Part shown: piece after piece, positions 32,815-42,410 of the stretch | Layout: the number at the start of each line of letters is the position of its first letter | How positions within the stretch are numbered: the stretch's first letter is position 1 | DNA from: an uncultured delta proteobacterium | GTDB taxonomy: Bacteria > Desulfobacterota > Binatia > Binatales > Binataceae | Reading direction: 5' to 3' | NCBI GenBank assembly: GCA_963834535.1 | Contig: CAWICC010000005.1 | Span: forward strand, 758,618-822,617 | Length of the DNA stretch: 64,000 nucleotides | Notes under the pieces: generated by a model | Told to the model about the DNA's origin: nothing | Seen by the model: only the letters and a program-made list of their open reading frames with translations | The model's database searches: none | Program-made: the position numbers and the translations under genes

Positions 32815-35292
32815 CTATTCGTGCTGCATCACTTCTTCGATAACCGCTTTGCCGCCTTTGTCCACAGTGATGACTTTGTGAACTGGAGCGTAGCCGGTGA
32901 GGGTGATATCGACAACGTAATTGCCCGGATCGAGCATCACGTCAACCGGTGAGCTTTTATCCAGCATGTGCTTGTTGACGGCGATCTGGGCTCCCTTGGG
33001 CTGGGTCTTGATGCTGACCGTGCCCATACCCTGCGCCTGTTTGCCGCCAAACAGCCTGCCCATTTTGCCTACGGTCTTAATGTCGTCCACGTTGCCCAGC
33101 GAGCGTAGAGTCGGCGAAAAGCTCACTGTCTGGGCGAGGACAAACTGTGCGCTTGTAGTCTCATCGATATAGCCCGCCTTGCGCACCAGCACTACATGCT
33201 GACCTTTATCCACGGAAACTTGTGCGGGAGTCAGCTTGCCGGTGTCTCTGCCATCGATGTAAACATTGGCGCCGGCCGGTGTGCTGTTGACGGAAAGCGT
33301 CGCCATAAGCTGGGTAAGATGGGTCACGAGGAACGATTTGTTGCCAGATGCTATCGCAACCGTGCGGGTATCCGAAGAGTAGCCGGGTTTGCTGACAGTC
33401 ACGGTGTGCTGCCCGGCATTCAGACCTGAGAGCGTAAAAGGAGTAACCCAGGTGGGATCGGTTTTTCCATCCAGTTGTACCTGCGCGCCTTGAGGAGTGG
33501 AATCAATGGCAATCTGTCCCGGAACAACAACCGCAGCGACAGGAGCGACGTTTTTCTTTTTCGCATTCTTCCGTCCTCGCGCGGTCGCGGCAACCGGGCG
33601 CGTGGTTTCCGGTTGAGTTTCAGCCACGTCGGCCGCCTGCGTCTGTTCGGGCGCGACGGGTTGAGATGCGGTGGTCTGCTGCGGTTGCGCCGAAGCTGGT
33701 TGACTGGCTGCGGATTGCGCCGTGGGCTGCGGCGTCGCAGCACGACCGGAGTCGTCGTCACTGTTCAAATGGTTAATGTGCAGAACCAGCACAATCGCGA
33801 TGATAAGAATCACAACTGCAGCGCCCGCGATGGAGTAAACCATCAGGCTCGGAGGGACGTTTTTTATTTCCTTGATTGCTTTTTCGGCGACTTCCCGCGG
33901 TTGAATCTTAGGCTTCTCTTCTTCAACTCCCGATCTGAAATTCGGCGCGGCCGAAGGCGGCGGCTGAAATGCCGGCGGGGGCGGAGGTGGAGCGATATAG
34001 ACTTCCTTCAACGGCGGCAGTTCGGTCATCTCCGAAAAGCTGACTCCGCCGCCGCCGCGCGATGGAGCACCTTCCGCCATCATTGGGTCAACGGAAATTC
34101 TGGGGGGCTCTGCGCTGGGCGCTTCTACTTCTGGCTTATCGAGAACGGCGGAAGACATGGAAGCGGATGGCGGCGCGGCATCGCTGGTCGCCTTAACCTG
34201 GGGAGCGGCGTATGCATTGGAAGCTTCCAAGTTCGGTGTCGAGGATGCAGATCGGCTTCCTCCTAACCCTGCTGCAGCTGCAGCCGCCCTGGGAGCAGGC
34301 TGTTGTTTCGCCACTGCTGGCGATGCCGCCGGTTTCGAAATCCCTGGAGTCGGCGAGGCTGCGGGGTTTTTCAGTGCCGGGGCAGGTGACGCAGACGCGA
34401 ACTTCGTTTGGGCCGCAGCTTTCACCGGAGCCGCGGCGGCCGGCACTTTGGCGGGCGCGGCCGTAGCTTTCGCGGCTTGCGGCTTTGATTCTTTACACTT
34501 TTCCAAATCGTCAAGCAGCGCGCGCCCATTCTGATAGCGCTCGCCGGGATCCTTGGCCAGAGCCTTCATAATAAGATCGCTCAAGACCGGATGCAGCTTG
34601 GGATTCACCTGAACCGGAGGAACAGGTGAGTTCTCAAGGATGCTTTGGCGCAGGGATTCGGAACTGTCACCTTCGAAAGCTTTGTTGTCCGTGACCATCT
34701 CATAAAACAGAGCTCCGAGACTATATAGATTCGAGCGCGCATCAATGTTCTCGCCGCGAATCTGCTCGGGCGACATGTAATGCAAAATCGAGGGAACATC
34801 GGGCATTTGCGCGGTAAATTTGCCTACGCTGGAAACGCCAAACCCCAAGACCCGAACCGTCCCATCCCACCCGCACATGATCTTTGCCGGTTCCAGGCTA
34901 TAGTGGAAAACCTTTTGCGAGTGCGCGTGATCGAGCCCGCCACAGACTTGCCGCCCGATATCCAGCAGATCCCAGATGGAAAATCCTTCTTTGCGCGCCA
35001 GCATCGTAGCCACGCTATTGCCCTGAATGTACTCCATGGCTGCACAGAACTGGCCTTCAATCACTCCTGCGCCGCTCACGGTAGTGAGATTGGGATTGCT
35101 CAAGACTTTGGTCGTCTCGGCCTCTTCCAATAAGCACTTCTCCAGCTCGGCGGCGCTTTCGCCGAATGCCGACAACTGAATCGCCTTCAATGCTATGGTT
35201 TGTCCGGTTTGGGCATCGTCGGCCTTATAGACCGCGCCAGTGGCAGACTTTGACAGTTCGCTCAGGATTTCGAAGTGGCCAATTTTTGACAT
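32815..35292 (-). CDS. Ser/Thr protein kinase with Pro/Ala-rich linker, one TM helix and three PEGA-like domains
   Basis: Intact 825-aa ORF. The kinase subdomains are GAVYKA..IALK, HYSLEPAKIM, ..YMSPEQ.. The TM helix is LMVYSIAGAAVVILIIAIVLVL. The three extracytoplasmic repeats are STPQGAQVQLDG..VSKPGY, STPAGANVYIDG..VRKAGY and TQPKGAQIAVNK..LTGYAP. Confidence 0.9.
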   Translation of the reverse strand: MSKIGHFEILSELSKSATGAVYKADDAQTGQTIALKAIQLSAFGESAAELEKCLLEEAETTKVLSNPNLTTVSGAGVIEGQFCAAMEYIQGNSVATMLARKEGFSIWDLLDIGRQVCGGLDHAHSQKVFHYSLEPAKIMCGWDGTVRVLGFGVSSVGKFTAQMPDVPSILHYMSPEQIRGENIDARSNLYSLGALFYEMVTDNKAFEGDSSESLRQSILENSPVPPVQVNPKLHPVLSDLIMKALAKDPGERYQNGRALLDDLEKCKESKPQAAKATAAPAKVPAAAAPVKAAAQTKFASASPAPALKNPAASPTPGISKPAASPAVAKQQPAPRAAAAAAGLGGSRSASSTPNLEASNAYAAPQVKATSDAAPPSASMSSAVLDKPEVEAPSAEPPRISVDPMMAEGAPSRGGGGVSFSEMTELPPLKEVYIAPPPPPPAFQPPPSAAPNFRSGVEEEKPKIQPREVAEKAIKEIKNVPPSLMVYSIAGAAVVILIIAIVLVLHINHLNSDDDSGRAATPQPTAQSAASQPASAQPQQTTASQPVAPEQTQAADVAETQPETTRPVAATARGRKNAKKKNVAPVAAVVVPGQIAIDSTPQGAQVQLDGKTDPTWVTPFTLSGLNAGQHTVTVSKPGYSSDTRTVAIASGNKSFLVTHLTQLMATLSVNSTPAGANVYIDGRDTGKLTPAQVSVDKGQHVVLVRKAGYIDETTSAQFVLAQTVSFSPTLRSLGNVDDIKTVGKMGRLFGGKQAQGMGTVSIKTQPKGAQIAVNKHMLDKSSPVDVMLDPGNYVVDITLTGYAPVHKVITVDKGGKAVIEEVMQHE

Positions 35293-35644
35293 TTGCTCCG
35301 CGCCTCATCACAAGAAACACGCCGCGCGGGTTCGACTGAGAAGCCGCGTGGGTTCAAAACCCCGGGGCAGGGTACGGTTAGAATAACCTCGGCGGCGTAT
35401 CGATTCGAGTTACCAAAGTACTGAGATTATGGCGAAAAATGGAGGACTTTTTAATCGACCGCTGACCCGTATTTCTTGCCCCGGCCACAATTTGTGCCCG
35501 CCCTCCGCGTGACCTTTTGCTCGCAGAAACGTTTAATCGTTAAAGAATGCGTGTGACATTTGTCAGCCGAGCCGTATGACGATCTCCACTGGCGGGCGGA
35601 GGCGGGGAGATCGATCCTAGGAATGCGCGCAACGGCGTGGACAG

Positions 35645-35676
35645 GTCAGGTTTCCAGCTTGTCAGATTTCCAGCTT
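35645..35676 (+). repeat. 16-nt tandem direct repeat in the leader of the permease operon (possible operator)
   Basis: gtcaggtttccagctt (35645-35660) is followed directly by gtcagatttccagctt (35661-35676), 15/16 identical. It lies 140 nt upstream of ATG 35816. A regulatory role is inference only. Confidence 0.6.
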
Positions 35677-35815
35677 TGAGGGAGTTGTCGGGGAGTGATC
35701 ACTCGTTTATTCTTGAGGCCTGCTTGGACGATGCGTCTCCGCAGTCCAGCACGCCGCGGCTTCCTCGGGATTCAACAGGCTTAGTTGCACCAAGTCTCGA
35801 AACAGGTTTCGGAAT

Positions 35816-36964
35816 ATGACTCTGACCCGATTTGTCACCAAGAACGCATTTCGCAACAAGCGGCGCAGCATTCTGACCGTGCTGAGCATCGCTTTTTCTT
35901 TGCTGTTACTTACGCTCATGATGACCATCTGGCGGGCGTTCTACCTCGATGAAGGCAGCGCGGAATCAGCCGAGCGCTTAGTGGTGCGGCATCGCGTTTC
36001 TTTAACTTTCAGTTTGCCCGGCTTCTATCGCGAGAAAATTCGTGCGGTGCCCGGAGTGGTGGCGGTGGTCCCGGTTTCATGGTTCGGCGGTATCTATAAA
36101 GACGATAAGCCAGAGAACTTTTTCGCGCAATTCGGCACTGATCCGGAAGAATTTTTTAAGGTCTTTCGAGATATTCAAATGCCGGATGAGCAACGAATCG
36201 CGTGGCAACGCGATCGTCAGGGCGTGATCGTCGATGACACCCTGGCCAAGAAATACGGATGGAAGTTAGGTGACCGGATCGTTTTGAAGGGCAACATTTA
36301 TCCCGTCGACCTGGAGTTGTACGTTCGAGGCATTTTCAGCTCCTACCCGGACAACAAGTCGGTCTATTTCAACTCGAAATATGTGGAAGAGGCAGTTTCT
36401 TTCTTCAAGGGACAAGCCGGCACTTTCAGTATTCTGGCCGCTTCTCCCGGAGACGTCAGCAGGATCGCGAGTACGGTGGACGACATGTTCCGCAACTCTC
36501 CTCAGCCCACGAAAACGGAAAGTGAGAAAGCGTTCGGTCTGGAATTTGTTGCCATGATGGGGAACGTGAAAGCATTCATCCTGATGATTTGTGCGGCCGT
36601 TGTGTTCGCGACGCTGCTGGTTTCGGCCAACACCATGGCGATGTCGATCCGTGAACGAACCAGAGAAGTGGCCGTGCTTAAAACATTGGGCTTCACGCGG
36701 CAAAGTGTGCTGGGACTGTTCGTAAGCGAGGCCGTGGCGCTCTCTCTTGCCGGAGGCTTGCTTGGGTTTTTTCTGGGCTGGTTGATGATTTACGGCCTTA
36801 CTCATTCCAAACAGTTCATCTCTTTTTTCCCGATGAAGGTGACACCTGGGATGTGCGTCCTGTCTCTGTTGATCGCCGGATTTGTTGGGCTGGTCAGCGC
36901 CACGCTTCCTTCTTATCACGCTTCGAAAGTGAATATCGTGGACGGGTTACGCCACATCGGTTGA
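35816..36964 (+). CDS. ABC transporter permease, FtsX/MacB-type (4 TM plus periplasmic domain), copy 1
   Basis: Intact 382-aa ORF. The N-terminus is ..KNAFRNKRRSILTVLSIAFSLLLLTLMM. It has a large periplasmic domain, and the C-terminal FtsX motif is ..SIRERTREVAVLKTLGFTRQSVL.. Confidence 0.85.
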   Translation: MTLTRFVTKNAFRNKRRSILTVLSIAFSLLLLTLMMTIWRAFYLDEGSAESAERLVVRHRVSLTFSLPGFYREKIRAVPGVVAVVPVSWFGGIYKDDKPENFFAQFGTDPEEFFKVFRDIQMPDEQRIAWQRDRQGVIVDDTLAKKYGWKLGDRIVLKGNIYPVDLELYVRGIFSSYPDNKSVYFNSKYVEEAVSFFKGQAGTFSILAASPGDVSRIASTVDDMFRNSPQPTKTESEKAFGLEFVAMMGNVKAFILMICAAVVFATLLVSANTMAMSIRERTREVAVLKTLGFTRQSVLGLFVSEAVALSLAGGLLGFFLGWLMIYGLTHSKQFISFFPMKVTPGMCVLSLLIAGFVGLVSATLPSYHASKVNIVDGLRHIG

Positions 36965-36967
36965 TTT

Positions 36968-38120
36968 ATGACCTTAGGCAGTTTTGTCGTACGCAATACG
37001 TTTCGCAACAAGCGGCGCAGCCTGCTGACGATGCTTAGCATCAGCTTTTCCCTATTACTGCTGACGCTGATGATGTCGATCTGGCGAACCTTTTACATCG
37101 ACCAGGGTCCTCCGGATTCCGTAAAACGCATCATTACCCGGGATCGCGTTTCCCTGGCATTTTTTCTCCCGGCTTACTACCGCGACAAGATTCGTACTGT
37201 GCCCGGCGTGGTGGCCGTGGTGCCGATGACTTATTTCGGAAATGTTTACAAGGACGACCGCTCAACCAACTCGTTCGCTCAGGTGGTCACCGACCCGGAC
37301 GAATATCCCAAGGTTGCAGCCGACAAGATCGTCCCACCTGACCAGTTGCTGGCCTGGCAGCGTGACCGCACCGGAGCCATGGTAGACATAGACCTCGCCA
37401 GGAAATTCGGGTGGAAAATCGGCGACCATCTTACCTTGCAGAGCCCCTATTTTCCCGTGCATCCCGAGGTCACGATCCGCGCCATCTACACCATCGATCC
37501 GCCGGTTCGGATCGTTGATTTTCAACACCAAGTATTTAGAGGAGTCGGTCGGATGGTTCAAAGGACAAGCGGGTTGGTACCTGACCGAGGTGGCGTCGCC
37601 CAGCGATGTAGCGCCTGTCTCTAAGGCAATCGATGAAATGTTTCGCAATGCTCCACAACGAACCAAGACGGAGAGCCAGCAGGCATTTCAGTTGTCTTTC
37701 GTATCGTCCTTGGGAAATGTGAAAGCGTTTATTCTCGGCATCTGCGGTGCGGTGGTTTTTGCCATTCTTCTGGTCTCTGGCAATACCATGGCGATGTCGA
37801 TTCGAGCCCGAACGCGTGAAGTTGCGGTGCTCAAGACGCTTGGATTCACGCGCCCGCGGGTCTTGTCGATGTTCGTGGGCGAGGCGATAGCCCTGTCGGT
37901 GGCCGGCGGAGCGCTGGGAGTTCTCGGGGCAACCCTGCTGATACGTTGGTTGACCCACTCTCCCGTGGCCATCGGAATTCCCGCCGGCATGAGAGTCACC
38001 GTTCCAACCATGTTGGCGTCCCTGCTGGTGGCAGCGACCGTAGGATTCATCAGTGGCTGCCTGCCGGCATACAACGCATCGCGCACTAACATCGTGGAAG
38101 GCTTACGCCACATCGGCTGA
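36968..38120 (+). pseudogene. ABC transporter permease, FtsX/MacB-type, copy 2, one frameshift
   Basis: This is a paralogue of copy 1 (RNTFRNKRRSLLTMLSISFSLLLLTLMM ... SIRARTREVAVLKTLGFTRPRVL). ORFs 36968..37624 and 37515..38120 join as ..DPPVR|SLIFNTKYLEESVGWFKGQAG.. if the extra A at 37511 is removed. Confidence 0.85.
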
Positions 38121-38204
38121 ACTGAGGTTGAGTAGCGCCGCCGTCCCGGCGGCTGTAGTACGGAGCACAGGAAGGATGCATCCGGCAACAGGAATAGTGA
38201 ACTT

Positions 38205-39368
38205 ATGGCGATACCAATCAGCTATAACGTACGCAATTTAAAGCTGCGCAAGGGACTCACCGTGATGACCGCGCTGGGCATCGCCCTCACCGTGACCACG
38301 GCGATTTTCTTAATGGCGCTGCTCGCCGGCTTACAGAAGGCTTTTGTGTCGAGCGGCAATCCGGAGAACGTGCTGGTGCTGCGAAAGGGTTCGGAGGCGG
38401 AACTCTCGGGAGGCTTTGACGCGGCGCTGTTTCCGACCTTGAAAGTTCTACCCGGAATCGCGAAGGATAGTCATGGGGAGCCCATGGTTTCCGGCGAGTG
38501 GGTCGTAGTCATCGTGCTTCCGCGCAAAGACGGCACCGGCGAAGTGAACGTTACCGTGCGCGGCATGATGCCTGACGGTCTCGAACTCCGCCCTAGCGCG
38601 AAGTTGATTGAGGGGCGATGGTTTCACACCGGGCAGCGCGAAGTTGTGGTGAGTAAGTCGATCCGCTCTCGCTTTTCCCATGCGAATATTGGCGACACCA
38701 TGGAGTTCGGCAAGGGCGCCTGGAAAGTTGTAGGCGTATTTGACGCGGGCGGTTCGGCTTATGAATCTGAGATTTGGTGCGATGTGAATCAGATGGCGTC
38801 TGATTTCGATCGTCAGGGCGGATATTCCTCCGCATACTTGCGTGCCACTGATCCGATTGCCGCCGATGCGCTGAAGAATCGCGTAAGTGACGATCAGCGC
38901 CTCAAACTGGAAGGAGTTCTCGAAACCGACTATTACGCCAAGCAGACCAGTTCGGGCGCTCCCATTAAATATATCGGCATAGTGGTGGCGATCATCATGG
39001 CGATTGGTTCGAGTTTCGCGGCGATGAATACCATGTACGCGGCCGTGGCCTATCGCGGGCGTGAGATTGCGACTTTGCGCGTGCTGGGATTTTCCCGCCC
39101 GGCAATTTTGACTTCGTTCGTTTTCGAATCTTTATTGTTGGCCATGTTGGGCGCAGTGGCGGGAATTCTGCTGATGCTGCCTTTCAACGGAATGCAAACC
39201 GGGACGTCGAATGCAGTGACCTTCAGCGAAGTAGTGTTCAGCCTGCAGATCACCTGGCAGGTTGCGATGTATGCCATCCTCTTTGCACTGGCCATGGGAT
39301 TGTTTGGCGGGCTGTTCCCGGCGTGGCACGCGGCGCGGCAGAATATTTTGACCGCGTTGCGGGGTTGA
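38205..39368 (+). CDS. ABC transporter permease, FtsX/MacB-type, copy 3 (divergent)
   Basis: Intact 387-aa ORF. The N-terminus is NVRNLKLRKGLTVMTALGIALTV.., and the C-terminal motif is ..YRGREIATLRVLGFSRPAIL.. Confidence 0.85.
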   Translation: MAIPISYNVRNLKLRKGLTVMTALGIALTVTTAIFLMALLAGLQKAFVSSGNPENVLVLRKGSEAELSGGFDAALFPTLKVLPGIAKDSHGEPMVSGEWVVVIVLPRKDGTGEVNVTVRGMMPDGLELRPSAKLIEGRWFHTGQREVVVSKSIRSRFSHANIGDTMEFGKGAWKVVGVFDAGGSAYESEIWCDVNQMASDFDRQGGYSSAYLRATDPIAADALKNRVSDDQRLKLEGVLETDYYAKQTSSGAPIKYIGIVVAIIMAIGSSFAAMNTMYAAVAYRGREIATLRVLGFSRPAILTSFVFESLLLAMLGAVAGILLMLPFNGMQTGTSNAVTFSEVVFSLQITWQVAMYAILFALAMGLFGGLFPAWHAARQNILTALRG

Positions 39369-39410
39369 GTTTCAGGAAACTGTTGCCGCAAATATTCCGT
39401 ATTCTTACTT

Positions 39411-40784
39411 ATGCCGATTGACGCAAAACACGAAGACTTGCAGAGCTTGCGCATCGACCGCTCAGAGCGCGGAACGAGTGATGGAGAACCTCCGACCTGG
39501 GCACGACGCTACATTGTGATTGGAATCGTTGTGGTCGCTGTGTTGAGCCTCTCCGTCCTGGCCTACCGTTTGCTAGCCCGCGACGTGCCTGAGGTGGAAG
39601 TGGTGCGCGCTTCCGCAGAGAGCAGTGACGTTGGCGGCACCGTGCTCTCGGCTACTGGTTACATCGTGGCCCACCACACGATCAACGTGAACTCCAAAGT
39701 CACCGGGCGCCTGGCGTGGATTGGCGTGGAAAAAGGCGACAAGGTTAAGGAAGGACAAGTGCTCGTTCGATTGGAGGATGAAGAGTTTCGCGCCTCCTAC
39801 GAGCAGGCAAAAGGCGCATTGGAAAATGCCCGTGCATATCTCGAGGAACTCGAGCATGGGTCTCGCCCGGAAGAGATTCAGGAGGCCCAACACAATCTCG
39901 ACGAAGCTCGCGCCACGCTGGTGAACGACAAGTTGACTCTGGACCGCACCAAAGAACTTTCGTCTGCTGGGGTGGTCTCACGCCAGTCGCTGGACGATGC
40001 GACGGCAAGATTCGATTCCGATCAGCAGAAAGTGAATTCGCTGGATAAAGCTTTTCAACTGATGAAGATCGGCCCGCGCCCGGAAGAGATCGCCCGGGCA
40101 CGCGGCTCTGTGGCTCAAGCACAGGGCCTGGCTGACTACGCCAAGTCGCAGCTTGACGCCACAGTCATTCGAGCGCCGGTCACGGGAACGATTCTCGACC
40201 GCACCGCCGAAAAAGGGGAACTCATCACCGCACAGTTTGCCAGCGCCGCAGCCGGAGGTCCGCAAGGTTCGGTGGTGTCTCTGGCTGACTTGAACGATCT
40301 GCAGGTGGAACTCGACATCGCACAGGCCGACTTTGCCCGGCTCAGTCCCAAACAAAAAGCCGTCGTCACTACGGACACCTATCCCGACAAAGCGTACGAC
40401 GGTGAAATTGCACAGATTTCTCCTGAGGCGAATCGGCAAAAAGCTACTGTGCAAGTGAAAGTGCAGGTGCTGAATCCAGCCAAGTATCCAGATGTCTTCC
40501 TGCGGCCGGAGATGAACGCCACGGTGAAATTCCTGGCCGATGCACCTAAAACTCTAAACGCCCAATCTACCGGAGCGTTTGTACCAGCTAGCGCGTTGCG
40601 CGATCACAACGGCAAAAAAGTAGTGTTTCTGGCTTTTGATGGCAAAGCGCGCATGCGTGAGGTTCAGGTGTTAAGCCAGCGGACCGACGGCTTTCTGGTG
40701 AATGGATTGGTCGGTGGCGAAAGCGTGATCAGCAAAGGACCGCAGGACTTAAAAGACGGCGACACAATCAAGGTGAAGGGGTAA
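39411..40784 (+). CDS. efflux periplasmic adaptor (HlyD/membrane-fusion protein family)
   Basis: Intact 457-aa ORF. It has an N-terminal TM helix, a lipoyl-like hairpin ([27 protein letters not shown]), a coiled-coil region and a beta-barrel part (..[13 protein letters not shown]..). Confidence 0.85.
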   Translation: MPIDAKHEDLQSLRIDRSERGTSDGEPPTWARRYIVIGIVVVAVLSLSVLAYRLLARDVPEVEVVRASAESSDVGGTVLSATGYIVAHHTINVNSKVTGRLAWIGVEKGDKVKEGQVLVRLEDEEFRASYEQAKGALENARAYLEELEHGSRPEEIQEAQHNLDEARATLVNDKLTLDRTKELSSAGVVSRQSLDDATARFDSDQQKVNSLDKAFQLMKIGPRPEEIARARGSVAQAQGLADYAKSQLDATVIRAPVTGTILDRTAEKGELITAQFASAAAGGPQGSVVSLADLNDLQVELDIAQADFARLSPKQKAVVTTDTYPDKAYDGEIAQISPEANRQKATVQVKVQVLNPAKYPDVFLRPEMNATVKFLADAPKTLNAQSTGAFVPASALRDHNGKKVVFLAFDGKARMREVQVLSQRTDGFLVNGLVGGESVISKGPQDLKDGDTIKVKG

Positions 40785-40788
40785 TTTA

Positions 40789-40995
40789 ATGAGCACAGTT
40801 GCTGAAACCAGAGTCGCAACCGGAACGAAAGTAGTTCAGGCCCGCAACGTCAGCAAAGTTTTCAAGCGCGAAGCGTTCGAAGTGAAGGCTCTCGACGATG
40901 TCTCCATCGACATTGCCACCGGTGAATTCCTGGCACTGATGGGACCCTCGGGCTCCGGCAAGACTACGTTACTGAATATGATTGCGGCTATCGAC
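40789..40995 (+). pseudogene. ABC transporter ATP-binding protein (MacB/LolD-like), only the first 69 codons remain
   Basis: The sequence is ..[52 protein letters not shown] (Walker A). After nt 40995 the reading frame becomes unrelated sequence that is antisense to a transposase fragment. No Q-loop, signature motif or Walker B follows. Confidence 0.8.
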
Positions 40996-41173
40996 GCAAA
41001 GATGGCGAGACATGGGGCACCCGGCAGCGCGCCTCGCAAAACTCGTCGAACCCTGCCTGATCCAACACCTCGTTCAACTGCCGATAGGAAGGATGGCCAG
41101 GAGCCTCCGCCAACTCCCGGTGGTACCAAAGCTCCTCTTGCCGCTGCCGCTGCCTACGGGTTCCCATCGCCAT
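40988..41173 (-). mobile_element. N-terminal fragment (~60 aa) of an IS5/IS1182-like transposase (DUF772-type N-terminus)
   Basis: The minus-strand ORF reads [50 protein letters not shown].., which resembles the conserved N-terminus of this transposase group. It breaks off exactly where the ABC ATPase gene breaks off. No catalytic DDE part is present. The family call is from memory of the motif pattern and was not searched. Confidence 0.55.
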
Positions 41174-41299
41174 GGCTGCACTCTAAACTGGAACACCTTC
41201 GGTGCAAAGTGATTAAAACTTACTCCTTCAGTGCGCCTAATATCTCTCCGATCATTTGTCAGACGAAGAAGTGTGGCATGCACTACACTAGTGGCCTCC

Positions 41300-42142
41300 A
41301 TGGTGAGGACCTGGCACAAGTGGGCGACAGCCGCGATAGTGCTTGGATTGCTAGGCTTGATCTGCAGTCGGTCGATCCTTTTCCACCACTTCGAGCCCTA
41401 GTTTCTCACCACAGGCCCCAATGGCCCGGAGACACCTGAGAGCGTTGGGCTCGCATACGAGCGGGTAAAGATTCCCAGCCTCAACCGTACGTTGGATGGT
41501 TACCTCGTCCAGGGACCGTCGGCATGCCAGCCCAAGTTAGCACTACTGATCTTTCATGTGGTCATGGAAACAATTTCCGAGTGGGTTAAAGCACAACGCT
41601 TTCTCTATGACCACTGCGTATCTTCCGTGGTGTTCGACTACTCGGGCCATGGAGATAGCTCGAGGCCCGGAACCTTCAAGAACCTGAATCAGGATGCCGT
41701 GGCAGCATACTCGTGGTTTGCTTCACGGTTCGCCAATGACACGCGGCGGTGCGTCCTCGGCCACTCCATGGGAAACGGTCCTATGCTGGAATCTCTCCCG
41801 AGCTTTCATCCCATGCCAGCCTGCGTTGTCGTCGCTAATGCCTTTTCTTCCCTGCGGGACTTAGGAGTGCATAGGGGAACTCCCAGGATCCTTACCTACA
41901 TGATGCCCGACGTCTGGAACAATGTGGAAAACATTTCGCACGACCACGCTCCCCTGCTCTTGGTCGGCAGCGATGCGGACTCCGTAAACCCTATTGCAAT
42001 GGGACAGCGGATCTTCGAGGCTGCTCCAGAGCCGAAGGAAATCGTGGTCCTGCATGGTTTCAAGCACAACGCCCTGTATCAGAATCCAAGCGAACAATGG
42101 TGGACGGCTGTGCTTCAGTTTCTTCGGGGCGAGAAAAGATAG
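41300..42142 (+). pseudogene. alpha/beta hydrolase with N-terminal membrane anchor, interrupted by an in-frame TAG at 41399-41401
   Basis: ATG 41300 gives [33 protein letters not shown], then TAG. The same frame continues as [39 protein letters not shown]... into ORF 41492..42142. That ORF has the nucleophile elbow GHSMGN and a ..GFKHNALY.. His region. The gene uses AGG, AGA, CTA and TTA codons, which I saw little of in its neighbours. Confidence 0.6.
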
Positions 42143-42410
42143 TCTGAGATGTGCGCTCTCCCAGAGTCTCAGGCGCATCGGTGAGGACTTTAGACACGGG
42201 CTGCTAGGAGATACACGCAAGGTCCCTCGGTCAGCCGGCGAAAAGCGCGGCGCTCGAGATGACAAAGCACCAAAAGCGGCGGACAAGAATGTCCGCCCCC
42301 GCACGGGCAAAAGCTGACCCTACAGGGGGCGTCGCGCTTAGGGTTACAATCGGGGACTGCCAGGAATCGGTAGATAAGTCCTGCGCTGATCCCCAAGGAG
42401 AAATAAACCC

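Noticed and set aside
41399-41401. TAG recoding, an alternative genetic code or Pyl-type read-through for the in-frame stop in the hydrolase
   Set aside because: TAG is used as an ordinary terminator by well-defined genes in the same window, such as aceF at 19594-19596 and MscS at 22953-22955. A global reassignment is therefore not supported.
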